In this document: one piece after another, positions 23,266 through 35,939 of the stretch
Numbering within the stretch: the stretch's first letter is position 1
Layout of the letters: every line of letters begins with the position of its first letter
Origin: Callorhinchus milii
Lineage: Eukaryota
Assembly: GCF_018977255.1 (NCBI RefSeq)
Contig: NW_024704743.1
Coordinates: 16,804,001-16,868,000, forward strand
DNA: 64,000 bases
Direction: 5' to 3'
The notes under the pieces: generated by a model
The model's input: the letters and a program-made list of their open reading frames with translations, nothing else
Database searches by the model: none
What the model was told of the DNA's origin: nothing
Translations under genes and position numbers: made by a program

Positions 23266-23367
23266 AGTGAGTGAGTGAGTGAGTGGCGGCGATAGCGGTC
23301 CTGTCCCGGACTCCCCCACCGATGTACCCGCACTGACTCCGCTCTCTCTGCCTTCTCAGCGCTGGAC
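22790..23367 (+). promoter_or_regulatory. Probable promoter/5' UTR of the COL15A1-like gene (CpG-rich, TATA-less)
   Basis: Local CpG enrichment, GC-box-like gcgggcgg and ggggaggaggagggg motifs, and (CT)n/(CTGT)n/(GTGA)n tracts directly upstream of the first coding exon. The TSS cannot be determined from sequence. Confidence 0.55.
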
Positions 23368-23378
23368 ATGGATCACAG
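23368..23378 (+). CDS. COL15A1: First coding exon (ATG GAT CAC AG|gtgaga) of a multiplexin collagen, probably collagen XV alpha 1
   Basis: An 11-nt coding exon with a good start context (gacATGG) and a strong donor AG|GTGAG. It splices in frame to the next exon. An 11-nt phase-2 first exon is the recalled structure of COL15A1/COL18A1. Confidence 0.62.
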
Positions 23379-23568
23379 GTGAGAGGGCACCGACACACAC
23401 CCGTTGCGATTCCTTGTGTGCATTTGGTGGGTGATGTGCAGTATATTGGTCACTGTCTTGTCTGGTCTCCCCTCTGGCCGTGTTGCTCTGTGTAACATGT
23501 TCTCTCTGTGTGTGTTGTGTGTGTGTGTGTGTGTGTGTGTGTTGTGTGTGTGTGTGTGTGTGTAACAG

Positions 23569-23669
23569 GCGCGGATGCTGCTGTCGGCCGATCGCTCGGA
23601 TGCTGCTGCTGTTGCTGCTGTGGACCTGGAGTTGCTGCCGACCCACATCCAGCGCTCGGCTCATGGAAG
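23569..23669 (+). CDS. COL15A1: Second coding exon, signal peptide (R)RGCCCRPIARMLLLLLLWTWSCCRPTSSARLME(x)
   Basis: Acceptor aacag|G and donor AAG|gtaggg; 101 nt, phase 2 to phase 1. It encodes a basic N-region, a Leu-rich h-region and an SSA cleavage-like site. The LME|E end resembles recalled non-mammalian COL15A1 (..VE|ERGSKGHLDL). The signal-peptide exon is well supported, the gene identity less so. Confidence 0.68.
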
Positions 23670-24057
23670 GTAGGGACAAGCTCCCGAGGTCTCCTCTCCC
23701 CCCCTCTCCCCCTCTCCCCCCCTCTCCCCTCTGCCCCAGTCAGCAAACACACTGCTAACCCACAGCCACAAGTCTCCTGCACCCCCCCCCCCCCCCCACC
23801 ACCCACCCACCTCCATCCCAATGCAAATCAAGTGTTAAAAGGATATTAATTTGGTTTACTTACTTATTTTTTTTTTGGGGGGGGGGGGGAGGGAGGGGGA
23901 TTTGCATCAGTTTTTTTTTGTGTGTGTGTGTGTGTGTCTGTTCCTGCCATTGCTTTTGCAGAGGAGAAAGCAAGTCAGTTGCGTTTGTTGGGGAAAGTCT
24001 CGATGGGGCTTTAATGCGTCCAAGTCACCTGTTTTAGTCCAGAGTGGAGTGGAAAGA

Positions 24058-24143
24058 CGAGAGAGGGAGAGAGGGAGGGAGGAAGGAGGAAGGAGAGAGA
24101 GAGAGAGAGAGAAGGAGAGAGAGAGAGAGAGGAGAGAGAGAGA
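24058..24143. repeat. (GA)n-rich microsatellite
   Basis: Purine-only GA/GGA run; a further run lies at ~24287-24313. Confidence 0.9.
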
Positions 24144-26079
24144 GCCAACCCATGAGTATGGAAGTGATTGTGGTGGGATGAGAAAATGGAAACATTTACA
24201 GTCAGAGGTGGACTGTTTTTGTCTATTTACTGTGTGCAGGCATAGCGACCAGAAGGAAATCATTCCCCATTAAAAAGCTCCGATTGGAGAGAGGGAGAGG
24301 GAGAGAGAGAGAGATTGATGTCTGGTTTCCTCAGGACAGTTACTTACTTACTTACCGAGGGAGGAGTTTCTCACTGCAGTTCAATGCACTCAACTGGTTT
24401 GAACAGATCGCGTGAGTCCGCAACTGTGGGGCTTTGCATTGTAATGGGATTTCCCAATTGTAAGTGCATCTCGTCAGTCAATAAGCTGTAACGGCCCAGA
24501 GGAATGTCACCCTTAGTTCATAGCTTTTCACTGAACCCTTTACAAGTGTCCTTCCAGAGACCTCAGGTTACACACTTGCACCGAGGCATCTCTGCTGTGG
24601 GCAGTGGAGCGTGGCTCTGTGTGCAAAGGGACAGGAATGCACTGAGTTTTGCTGCTCAAATACACCAAAAAAAAAATACACCCAGAGCTTCATCGCCACC
24701 CAACTCGTCTTTACAGCAGAAGGCGGAAATTTCGGGGTTAAAACGTTGGGAGGAAGGAATATATTTACTGATGGGGATCAGTTTTAAGTGAAAGTCCTTA
24801 GAACTCACTCTAAAACACAGAGGTGCCTATTCGTGATTCTTCCGTTACACACACATACAAAAGTTTTTAGGACTTCAGTCTCTTTCCTGACCTGGACCAT
24901 CAGAGGTGTGATGGAAATGTATGTGGCAAAAATAGACCTGCGCTCTGAAATATTGCACTGAATCTTTACTGTGAATGAAATCAGTTTATTTACTCAATGC
25001 TTTTTTTTCTCCTAATTATTGTGTTTCCACCTGGAATGTGGAAATGCTTCATTCGGGGGCTGATTTGCGGTGTTTCTTAAAGGCATTCCTAACCCGTTAG
25101 CATTCCTGCCCACCCACAGGAAGCCTGTTCCCAAAGTAGATCACATCGAGCAGACAACTCCTGGGTCAGAGTGACATCATTTCTGGATATTGTAAGGCGT
25201 TTCTATTTCATAACCAGCCCCGCCGCCCTGCACACATACATCTTCTTCATCTGGTTTGGTGAAAGGTGGCACAATTTGACCCACTCCGCCTCCCCCCACC
25301 AAACACACACACACTCAACAGCAACCACTTGCATTTACATAGCACCCCTCATGCAGAGTTGCTTCCCAGAGCGCTTGAAAGTGGAGGAGCATGACTCCCA
25401 TTCAAGCCCACCATTATTCTTGTGACATTTCCTTCTTATGGAGCAAACGTGATAATTGTACAGCACATGTCGATCAAGCAGTTGGATTCCAAAATACAAA
25501 CAATGGAATAAATATATATATCTATATGTGTATATAGTGCACTATAAGACTGTCAGTCACTGCAGTATTCACTCTGATCCACCTCTCCTAAGCATTGTGA
25601 ATGTTATTGCTTTTGTTATAGTTGCAGCGGTTTTAAAACTGCTGTAACCATAGCAAAAGTTATGTGTTTTTTAAAACTAACTTTTACAGTTATAAAAGGT
25701 AACTGTAAAAGTTACAGATTTTTTTAAAAAAAAACTCTTTGTGGTTGTGGTGCTTTCTAACTGTGGGCATTTGCTTGTTTGGAAGAGTGACAGGATTACT
25801 CAGTCCCGTCAGTTACAGATTGAGTTCTGCAGGCCTCAGTTAGTCTTCTAGAAGCTTTCTGAGACTTAGTGCACACATGAGCTATGGTTGATCAATCCCT
25901 CTGCTGTCTTTTGAGCCCTTTGCTGACTTTTATGCCCTTAACTTGCAGCAGTATTTCTGCTGATATTCACAGTCACAAACACAGCATTGTGAATGCCCAC
26001 GATTCTGTACCATGACCTTTCACCTTACAACTAATCCTTTCTCAACGTAAGAGGCAGCTTCTCATTCTAGAAGCAATGT

Positions 26080-26720
26080 TGAAGAGAGCAACAAAGATGA
26101 TGAACATAGTGTTAGAGGAATGAGCTATCAGCAGTGATTAGACAAGCAAGGAAGTTCTGTCTCGAAAGGACTTGTCTTTGAGAAGGCTTTATATAAAGAT
26201 TTTAAATGGGATTGAGAAAGTAAATCCAGACAATACTGTTTGATGCATAGAGGCAGCAAAACAAGAGGACACAGGTTTAGGGTTTCAAAGGGCAATTTCA
26301 GGACAGTCACCAGGAAGTATTTTCTTATCCGGAGAGTAACTAAGCATGGAACAGATTAGCAGGAAGTGTAGTTGAGGCCAGGACATTGGATTTATTTAAA
26401 TAAAGGCTGGCACTGTGATGGTAGGGTGGGTATTCTGGAAGGATGAGATCAAATGGGCTGAATGGAAATATCCAGGAGTGAAATCAGGAGGCAGTTTTTC
26501 ACAGATTATTGGAAATCTAGAACTCCCTCTCCCAAAAGGCTGTGAATGCTGGATCCATTCACATTTTCAAGACTGAGGTGGATCGATATTTGTTAGGTCA
26601 GGGTATTGAGGGATACAGGCCTAGGTGGATAATTGGACTCAAGGTACAGATCAGCCATGATCCTATAGAATAGCAAAACAGGCTTGAGCGGCTGAATTGC
26701 CTTCTCCTGTTTCTATGTTT
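26080..26720 (+). mobile_element. Two adjacent old CR1 3' fragments
   Basis: TRGHRF..FRT..RKYF-like segment ending atgggctgaatgg (~26460). A second FSQ..WNSLSQKAV segment ends ggctgaattgccttctcctgtttctatgtt. Confidence 0.75.
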
Positions 26721-28555
26721 CACATGATCTATTGTGATCATGTGGATCTCAAATTTAATTATAGTGTCTATAAAATTGACACATCATAGTGTTTCACAAA
26801 ATGGCTGTCAGGTTTAGTAGCTGTATTTGTTAAGAAGCACAGCAGCCATTTTGAGCTCAGCAATATTGACAAACAGCGATGAAGTGAAAGACTAATTTAT
26901 CTGGAGGTTCATTATCCAGAACACTGGGAGAAATGCATTTTCTCTTTGACTTGTGTCATTTTGTCTTTAACATCCACCTAAAAACAGATAGATGGAATCT
27001 TGTTTTAACATCTCATCCAAAGGATGGTACCTATGATAATACAACTCTCCCCCAGGACCTCCACTGAAGCATCAGCCTGGACTATAAGCTCAACTCCAGA
27101 CATTGTAAAGGATGTAGAGCAAATCTCCAGATAACATGTCTTTACCATTGCTGGTGGGGGGAGGCGGGCAGGCAACTTGTCTATCAGAAAGAGGTATAAA
27201 GAAGTGAGCCTTTTCAGGTTGCAGTGCTTCAGAATGTTTGGAGAAAGTTCTTTGAATTACTGCTTATTTCAAAAAGGGACAATTAATCCTTAGTTTATTT
27301 TAAAATGTTATGACAGTTCACAGACTGGTAGGGCTGTACATGTTGTTTTCCAGAACATTTGCAGCAATGTCCACAGTGTCTATTGGCACAGTTGTATGTA
27401 CTAAGATAATGGTGTGACATACCTCAGAATCACGATGTCTTGTTGACAGTGGCCCAGGATAGACCTGGGTGAGGGGCACGGAGGCTACTCTGGCTAGTTT
27501 GAGAGTGCAGTTCAGTTGCTATTCCTTAGCACTCTGGGACACTAAACTGCGTGAGAGGCACTATATAAATGCAAGTTGTTGTTGATGTCCTCCTCATCCC
27601 TCTGTTGTAATCCAAGAGTGGACAGTCAAAGGATATTGGCTATATCCAGTCAGAGCCAGTAACACTTTACCTGCAGCTAAGATTAGAAAATTACTAAGCT
27701 GTCTGGACCTCTTCTGGGATATCTATGAAATAAGCTCCACTTCTGGCATGATCTCCCTTTGAATCATACTATGAATACTTCTAGATAAACAGATCTTTAC
27801 AACTGATGTTGATCCTTCAGGAATTCCTGTTTATTTCAAATTGTGGAAATATTTGCTAAGACTGGTTAGGCACAAATCAAGTCAATATTTTTGTTAGAAA
27901 ATGTGAACTTTCCAAAAAATGAATTTACAGTACTTGCATTCGGTGAATATGGTACTGCATATAAGCACTTAATAGAGAAACAACCTCACAAAAGTGATAG
28001 ACTCAAGGTTCAGAAAGTGACCAATAATGCCTCAAGCCAAAGCTTAGAGCAAAATTCCAGTGTGGATCATGTTTGAAACCAGATAGTAGACATTTCAACA
28101 CTGGTGCCAGGAAATCTTCATTCATTACTACAAGGAATCTGCAAAGCTTCAGTCAGGTCTGCTTTATTTTAACCTTGAAGGGTGTCTCATACTTTACCTG
28201 TACAATAGTAGGGGATTCTGGTCAGCCAATTGATTGACCACCTCTTTATGCTTGGAGCAGAATGAAAATAGCTCTGGTGGTGCTTTGTCAGTGGAAATCT
28301 TTTTTTTTGAATTTTTGTCTGAAAATTCTTACTTGAAAGAAACATGTTAAAATCAATTTGTTTTTGTTTAAACAAGAAGTGAGCGGTTCCTCCAAGACCC
28401 AATGGTTAAAAGCGCGTGGTGTAACACTAAGCTACGCAGAGCAAAGGGCGTAGGGCTTGACTCCTGGGCTCTGTGGAGTTAGCTGAAGAGAGTCGGGTTG
28501 CAGTGCTACATTTTATGCTGCTTTTTGGCATTAAACATCAGAGCAATGCTGAAAT

Positions 28556-28920
28556 CATAGAATCTTACAGCACAAAGAGAGGCCATTTGGCCTATTATGC
28601 CTATGCCAGCTCTTTGAAAGAGCTGTCAACTAATCCAACTCACCCGCTCTGACCCCACAGCCCTGCAAATTTTTGCTTTTTAAATAACTATCCAATTCCC
28701 TTTTGAAAGCTATTATCAAATCTGCTCTTTCAGGTAGTGCATTCCAGACTGAGAGACAACTCTCTCGGGGTGGGGGGGGGAAATCTCCTCGTCTCCCCTC
28801 TGGTTCTTGTGCCAATTATGTTAAATCTGTGTTCTCTGGTTACTGACCCACCTGCCAGAGGAAACAGTTTCTCCTTATCTACTCTGTCAAAACCCCTCAT
28901 AATTTTGAACACCTGTATTA
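28556..28920 (-). mobile_element. CR1 LINE 3' end
   Basis: FKIMRGFDRVDKEKLFPLAGGSVTREHRF and WNALPE, with an atcatagaatc tail. Confidence 0.9.
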
Positions 28921-29249
28921 AATGTTGGTCCTGACATTGAAGAGTTGCTCTTCAGTGGAGCTGCAGTGTTTACGTTCCAAAAGCCTGGTTTTGCAGTTTG
29001 ACGTTAAGCACACACAAGACCTTTAAAGCAGCTTTTCCCAATTGTCCAGTATCAAAACCATGATATTGTGAGTCTGGGAGATGTGCATAGCCTTTCTCCT
29101 TGGTTGTGTTAACATTATTTAGGTAACATTGATCGGAGGTAAAAAATACTTCTGTGTGAAGTGGATGATGCCATTGCTTATACATGCACCGAATACCATT
29201 GCATTAATGGGCAGGCAGGAGCATGGTGTTAGATGACAGCCACTCACTG

Positions 29250-29620
29250 TGAGATCTGAAGTCAGAAAGGATCCAGGTAAACTCACACTGCATTTATCTC
29301 ATTCTTATCATTGCTGGTTGCCAGGACCAGAAAAAANCTTGTGTAACGAAAAGCAGCATTGATCTTCATGGCTTTGGGCAAGGGAGGGGAAAATTAGCCA
29401 GGAGACTGCTCCTGATCAATATCAGTTGTCAGTGGATAGGTGATATAGACTCAGAATCAGTTAGTTTGACTATGTGATACTGGTCACAGTCCAATAGCTA
29501 CCAACACTCATTCGCTTTCTAGGCTTACACATGAAGAATGGGCAAATGACCAGAGGGTTTCTACCGCATGTAAAACAACATCCAAGTTAGAGTCAACATC
29601 TTCCGAAGAGGTGAAGTGCA
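29250..29620 (+). mobile_element. Ancient SINE-like repeat (family B)
   Basis: gggaggggaaaattagccagg..ctcctgatc..aggcttacacatgaagaatgg; an inverted homologue lies at 30105-30400 (ccattattcatgtgtgagcct). Confidence 0.55.
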
Positions 29621-30104
29621 GAAAAGAGAAAAAAATTGACAATCAACATTGAGATTCCTTTGTCCATTCTGCGATCTAAGATTCAGTGCAACAGTTTGTG
29701 CTTTACATGCTGTGCATATGCACAGGAATTAAGTTTCTAGCTTGTGTTGACTCATGAAACTTTGAGTGATGGAGAAATTAAATGTTCTTCCTTCTCTTTA
29801 TTGCTGAACTTGTGTTTATTGTACTCACAACATGATTACAAAAGGTGAGGGCGCATTAAAGAACAATACATTTGGCTCCTCAGTTTGATGAGCTGTAAAT
29901 CTCTTCCTGCTTGTGACATTGTTCAAGACTGAGTAGTGGTTTGGCTCAGCAACAATCTTGGAACATACTTTATTGATTTACGAAGGTCTAGGGATTTAGA
30001 CCCAGTGCTGTTAAATTTGCTGCTTAAAAGCATACATCGAGCTTTGGCGTTGCTGCGTCTCATTGATATTTTTTTTTGAGCCGGTTTTCTGATCTAATAT
30101 TCTC

Positions 30105-30400
30105 TCCGCTCACCCTCTTCTGAAATCATTTTAACTCCTTATTACTGTTCATAGAGTAAGTTGCTCTCTGGTATCTTGCCCAAGCAGCCATTATTCATGT
30201 GTGAGCCTCAACACAGAGCTAATGTTTGCTTTGAGATGGTCATTCCATGAAATAGGCACTGTATATAAGTGCAAGGTTTTGTTGTATTCCAATGTGGGAG
30301 ACGTCATAACTGAGCACGATCCTGTCCTCACTTGACTCCTAAACAACCACGCCTTCCAACAAGAGCCTGTGAATAGATACCCAATGACAGAACCCTGTGT
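30105..30400 (-). mobile_element. Ancient SINE-like repeat (family B) with a short L2-type tail inserted (~30225-30285)
   Basis: Reverse-complement similarity to 29250-29620. A head-like segment lies at 30580-30665. Confidence 0.5.
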
Positions 30401-31669
30401 TAAGCTTGTGTGTGGTTTTGCTCAGTGCTGTGACAGTGATCATAAAAGTAAAATCCATCACCTGCCTCTGGCCTGACCAACTGGTGTGTTTGACATCTGG
30501 AAGAAAAAAAACAATTTATAATTATCAGCCTATTTACTGTAAAGTTGCAAATCATTCATATTCACTTCTGTTCAGTGGAGAAGCTAAGAGTGAGGTCAAT
30601 TGGCGCAGCCTTACTACTAGTCCAACTGAGATTAAGTAAAGGAGCATAGACCTGGATTCGAACATATAACATTGATATAGCGGGTTCCACATTGGGAGGA
30701 TGTCTCAAAGTGTGATGACAAGTTTCTCAGACTATAGAGCCTAAAGCAACATTGGTTGGTGTGGTTCCTCATTTAGGTCACCGGGAGAAACTCCAGTTGG
30801 TTCTTTAATAGTGCCTTGGGACGTCCTCCCGATGTGAAAGGCGCTCTATAAATGCAATCTTGTTGTTGTAATACTATTAAGAACTGCACCTTTAGTCCAA
30901 TGGACCCATGTGAACTTTGTCATCGTTGATTTTCATGTTTAAAAAATTCACTGTCACAGTTTCCGCTGCCATGCGTCTGATGTAAAGCTAATTGGGCGAG
31001 ACATTCCCCTTGGGGTCAGTGGCCTGGCACTGATTCCAGCATGACTCAGCTATGGATGGAGTAAATCTATGGTTTTCACATCAAATCGATTCAGAACTGG
31101 CAGGATTAAAGAACCTATGACAAAACAATATTTCAGGGCAATGGTGTGATCAGAGGACTAACATTTTCTACTGTTAATGTGAACCACTTCCATGTTCGCA
31201 CTGCAGACATGGAAAAATCCATTCAGAGGAGCTTTCTGGGTGGTGGTTGTTGAAAAAGTACTCCTCAGGAAATGCCTTGATGTTGGAAAAATCCCCTCAC
31301 AGTGGAAACTACGTCTCCAGCAGGAAACTCCTTGTACATCACATTGACCTGTGAAATATCAACTTTAAGACATCTCATATCAGAGCTGAAGTCTTGCAAG
31401 TCGGCAAGATATGCATGGGCTGTGTTGGAGATGCAGTTTATTTCACAAGCCCCCAGTAATGCTAACAGTTTACTGCTGTTGTAGCTAAACAGTAAGCAAT
31501 GTACCACAAATAGCAGGGAGATGAATTCATTGTTTTGGCAAACTTGGATTAGGGAGGAATATTGGTCAGGATACTGGGAGAGCACCATTCTAATCTGGAA
31601 TTATTTAGGTTATCGATGAGGCCACATATAGAATATCATGTGTAAGTGTGAGCTCTCTGTCCCCTAAAT

Positions 31670-31945
31670 GGTATTGATCAGTTAGAGAAGAGCAACAAGA
31701 AAAACACTATGTATTGGTTGATCTCAGTTTATGAGTGGCTAGCAGAGCTAAAAATCCTTTCATTGCTGAAAAGCAGAATTGATAGTAGCTTTCAAAAGGG
31801 AATTGGATAGATACTTGAAAAGGAAAGCAATTGCTTGGCTCTGGGGTAAGAGCTGGGCAATGGAACTAGTTTAATAGCTCTTCCAAAGAATCAGCACAGG
31901 CACGATGGGCTGAATGGTCTCCTTCTGTGCAGTAAGATTCTATGA
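31670..31945 (+). mobile_element. CR1 3' fragment
   Basis: gctttcaaaagggaattggatag...gggctgaatggtctccttctgtgc..gattctatga tail. Confidence 0.8.
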
Positions 31946-33469
31946 AAAGAAGATGGGAGGGAAATGGAAAGACATAAAGCAAGCATTCAAACAGCAGATA
32001 TGATGAATAGATATAGGTGAACAGATATGAACAGACCATACACTATGTTTGTGCAGAACTGTTGAACACATGATTAAAATTAACAGGCCATAAGGAAGAC
32101 TTGAAGTTTTATTCTTCCCAGAGTACAACAAAAACAAGATTACATTTGTATAGCGCACTTCACGTTGGGAGGAGTGGATATAGAGAACGCATTCCAAACA
32201 AATACAGTTGGTGCTTGGTTCATTGCCTACTTCAGAGAAGAACTGGAGAAATATTTGGCTGGGAATGGAAGTAGACGTTATAAGGATTGGATAGATTGAA
32301 ATAATCAAGTCCTTCATGCTACATGATGGTGTATGCTGGACGATGTTCTTTGGAAGTTGGCAGGCAAGTAGTGAATAGTTGAAATATGGAGCTGAATAAA
32401 TATTTTTGCAGTTTCACATTATTTATGTTTGAGAATTAGGTAATATTTCTGCATAACGCTTCTCCCAAGAGATAAGTGGGTGGATGGAGTCCCTGGTAGT
32501 GCAGAATGTATGTGGCCTTTAAAAGGAGTGGGATCAATGGACCAAGTGACCTTTTTCATTCTGCCAGTACTCTTACCTCATTGTAGAAATAGCTTTGCCT
32601 TTGACTAATTATTTACTTGATAAACGTTTGCTTGCTTACATCAGTGTTTGCTACCTGCACTCATTGCTATCCCCCTCAGGAGCTCAGATTTCAGAATCAT
32701 CTTTGTGCCTTTGCAACCCCACAATATTATGGTCGCATTACTTAGGAAACACTATAAAATCTATCATTTCATATGCTGAGTTTGGTCTTATTCCAGATGC
32801 TGGTGTCCTTAGTATATTAAGCTTTCCATGAACTTAAGAATTGCTAGCCGAAAGAAGACCAAGGTCCATCCAGTTTGCCTTCCAGCATCCTGGAAGTCTC
32901 AAACATATATCATGTCCCTAACTACATACTATATCCCAAGATAATAGGAACACAGAATTCTTAACCAAGGATACCATTAGTAATGGGATGGGAGATAGAA
33001 CATTATCAGTCTTATAAATATGTAGCTACAATATTACTTTCTTACTGCATTTGAACAATGGGAAATGAATCTTTTCAAATGGATTAAGGAGTGTTCCTAT
33101 ACGATTGTTAGGTGTTTGAACATAATCACTGCACTTTAAAGGGAATAACTGAATTATAGAATTGCATCTTAACATGTGGATTACTGGATACACTGCAGAA
33201 TATCTCTTAATGCTTCCTGTCAGATAAGTGAGATTCTCGATGTGATTTTTTTTTACTGATACTATACAATAAAAATGTCAGTGAAGGTGACATATTGCTG
33301 TGGTGCTGCAGTGTTCTGACCGTACAGGTCGGTGATTGCATCTCCCCACGCACACACTGCTGATCTCCCACATTAGAGCGAGGAAGCAACATGTGCTTCT
33401 CCTATTCCAGCTGTGACTCCCAGTCCACTGATGTCCTGTCAGATTGTTTGATGGACACGAAAGCTCTTC

Positions 33470-34270
33470 AAGAATAAGTGCAAATTTCCTGCAGCTGAAT
33501 ATCGGCAAGACGGAAGCCATGTTCTTTGGCTCCCATCAGTGTCTTCTCTCCTTTGTCTGAAATGCTCAACCTCCCCAGGCTGTCCCTCAGACTCACCAAA
33601 CCCATGCACAACTCAGGTGTCAGGTTCGATCCCCAGTTTTCCTTTCTACCCCACATCTGTTTGCTGACCAGTAACTCTTTTTTTCCACCTCTGTTACATT
33701 GCCCGCCTCCATCCATACCTCACAACAAATGTAACCAAAACCCTCATTCACACCTTTGTCACTTCCCGGCTGGACTATTCCAATGCCCTCCTCGCTGGTC
33801 TCCCCAGCTCCACCATACATAAAAATTTTAAATCTCCACCGCCTGGATACTCACCCACACAAAACTCTGTACCCCCATAAGACCAGCCCTTACCAGGCTC
33901 CACTGGCTCCAAATTACAGAATTTCAAGATCCTCTTACTTGTTTTCAAATCCTTTCATGCCCTCACACCTCCCAATCTATCTGATCTGCTTCCCCCCCCC
34001 ACTCCCCCACTCGCTGCCTCCGCTCAGCTGGCTCCGCTACACTGTGCCTTCAGCCACTACGCCCTGAAACTTTGGAACTCTCTCCCTCAATCCCTCTGCC
34101 TTACCCCCTCCCTCTCCACTTTCAAATCTCGCCTAAATACCTTCCTTTTCAATCGTGCTTACAGTCACACACACACTTGCCCCAGCTCTGTGTCAAACTC
34201 CGCTACTGTCAAGCACTCCCAGGACACTATCCCACATGAAGGGCACAGATGAATACAACTTGTTATTGGA
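33470..34270 (+). mobile_element. L2 LINE 3' fragment
   Basis: NFLQLNIGKTEA, LIHTFVTSRLDYSNALL, LHWL and LWNSLP motifs with a decayed tail. Confidence 0.87.
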
Positions 34271-35574
34271 TGCTTCGCATTGTCTGAGTGGAACGATGAA
34301 GTCAGCTCGGCTGAATAGGCGAGATGGAGCATTGGTCTACTTCAGTCTGAAACTGTTATTGGGTCTAATTTGGAATATTGGAATGCAAAAGGGTTAGTAA
34401 AAAGGGTCTCAGGCTAGACCTTACCCATCTCCCTTCCCCAATTCCATTCAGATGTCAATCTCAATTTCGACTTCCTGAAGCCAGTTTGTCACCAAAGGTG
34501 GTTCTGCCATCCTCAAGGAATTGGCATTGACTGATGCTCCAGAAAGTGGGCCTGAGACACATCGAAGAGACACCACCTCAGGATTCACCAACTACAAATG
34601 CTTTAGTAATTCTAGTATATTAGATCCCAATGTTACTAAGTTCAATGTGCTCTTGTACAACTCCCAGTGGCAGGCTGAGCGAGGCGTGAGAGCAGACCTG
34701 CCAGACACTGGCATAATAGTTTATAAAACTGGAAGACTCAATTAGAGAAAGAGAAGAAAAGAACTTTAAACAGCGGAATTGTTACTCTCCCTCAACAAAA
34801 AATGAAAGTAGATTGCATCAACACAGCGAGTGCTGTCACTAGATCACACCTTGCTAGGAATCAGCCTTTGATTCTGTTACTTCAGCTCTTTTGCAAAACA
34901 CCACATGTTTGAGCCGTTTACCTAGTCTTTACTAGTGAGCAAACACTGTTTGCTGTTGCCCCCTAGGGCAGAATCTTAGGTCTAATGTTGACCTCAGAGG
35001 TGCTGATCTGAACTCACGACTCCCACAGCTTTTGATCTACAGAGCAGATTCTTAAATTGCAAATTTCCAGTTAATTATTAATAATGTGTTTTTTTAAAAA
35101 ATCGCATTGTGAATTGATCCACTTTTGGCACTTGCTCACTGAAAATGTTATCGATTGTTCCAAAGCTTGCCACCAATGGTGAATTTTAAAGAATTAGACC
35201 AGATTGTAATCTTGTTGTGGAGTTTAGCAGCCTAGTCAGCAGCTGAGTTATTCAGTCCTGTACAATTTTGTTCCATGTCAGTGGGGTTATTTAAATCACT
35301 GTGTGAATAAGCTTATTGGAATTGTATTTAGGATTGGATGTTAGAAGTTTTTATAAGTTACTAGTTAAAGCGATCCTCCCCTTCCCTTCCCGCCCCCCCC
35401 CCCCACATCCGTTAACAATAGTTAAATACTGACTCTCAAGTTTATCCCCTCTCCATGTAACATTCCACAACTGAGTGGGCAGACAGCCCTGAAAGGCGTT
35501 GTATTGTGCGTGAGTGTCAGAGTAAAGTCACTTGGATCAGAATATTTTATGAAAAAGCACAATTATAATAAGAA

Positions 35575-35927
35575 AATAATCCTTGCATTTGATATAATGT
35601 CTTATTCATGTTGTTCGAAGCGCTTCACAGGATTTTTACTGTAAAGTATAATAATAATCCTTGCATTTGATTTGGCATTTTTCATGTCTTCTAGCCGTCT
35701 CAAAACACTTCACAGAATATACTGTAAAGTGAATTGACTACATATTTTTGCAGTGTCCCACAAACAGTCGTGGATTGAAGTGACCAATTTGTTATTGTTA
35801 TTCTTGAGGGATTATTATTAGGCATGTGGAGTAAGGAAACTTGCCCAAGGTTTCGCCCTGCCGGGAATTGAACTCAGGTCTCTTGCTTGCGAGGCAAGTG
35901 CTCTAAACCACTGAGCTACAGGACTCC
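35575..35927 (-). mobile_element. SINE family A (full copy with tRNA head, plus an extra tail fragment)
   Basis: Minus head ggagtcctgtagctcagtggtttagagcacttgcctcgcaagcaagagacctgagttcaattcc has A and B boxes. Two aataatccttgcattt tails at 35575 and 35650. Confidence 0.9.
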
Positions 35928-35939
35928 TTGAACTCCTAG

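Noticed and set aside
21564..23270. Long ORFs of 350-570 aa (Cys/Val-rich or His/Thr-rich) on both strands
   Set aside because: They are translations of the (GT)n array, which lacks stop codons in most frames. There is no protein-like complexity.
34955..34972. CTCF-like motif ttgccccctagggc
   Set aside because: Only a partial match to the core, missing the terminal TGG. Not supportable without ChIP data.
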